From Tubiluchus corallicola (taxonomy: Eukaryota > Animalia > Priapulida): a stretch of 64,000 bases of DNA. The notes beneath the pieces are model-generated. The model made no database searches and was not told the origin of the DNA. It saw only the letters and a program-made list of their open reading frames with translations. Of this stretch, positions 63,775 through 64,000 are shown in pieces. Location of the stretch: assembly GCA_030141605.1 (NCBI GenBank), contig JAQGDQ010000068.1:186001-250000 (forward strand), in the 5' to 3' direction. The position numbers and the translations under genes were made by a program. Every line of letters starts with the position of its first letter. The stretch's first letter is position 1.

Positions 63775-64000
63775 CTGTAAAAATAAACGACATTAGAAAA
63801 TGTTCCAGGGCATTGGTAAGATATTTAAAAAGATGTATGTAATAATATGCAACATTTGACTATTTTCATATTGTAACCAATCAGATCAGGATGTATTCAG
63901 ATAAAACTATAATTAATTTTGTTGCCACAACACTTTATCTTTATCACTGTAACTTTTTAATATAAGAACATTATTATTAACTTTAAAAAATATTAAATTA

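Overview
AT-rich animal (invertebrate metazoan) genomic DNA with spliced genes. The taxon cannot be fixed from this window. Four host genes can be rebuilt exon by exon with consistent splice phases. (1) A complete 3-exon ebony-type NRPS (A-T-aaNAT-like C domain, about 883 aa, + strand, 15750-19489). (2) A convergent 14-15-exon SLC5 sodium:solute symporter of the SMCT/SMVT/NIS clade (- strand, 35479-24545), with a GC-AG intron, a candidate 24-nt microexon and unusual residues in a substrate helix. (3) A 9-exon GOLM1/GOLM2(CASC4)-like Golgi type II membrane protein (+, 39164-48617). (4) The 3' part of a CSPG4/NG2/kon-tiki gene (-, 63774-54461) with a 3.8-kb exon and a QYWV PDZ tail. The first 15 kb and the introns hold transposon debris: a Tigger/pogo element with intact right TIR, RTE, CR1/L2, Penelope and Gypsy fragments, Tc2/pogo and Harbinger-like MITEs, Helentron-like elements, foldback-type elements and microsatellites. 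The best lead is the tail-to-tail ebony-SLC5 pair, where both proteins appear to deviate at substrate-pocket positions. This is a hypothesis for a small amine-conjugate synthesis/transport module, not a demonstrated system.
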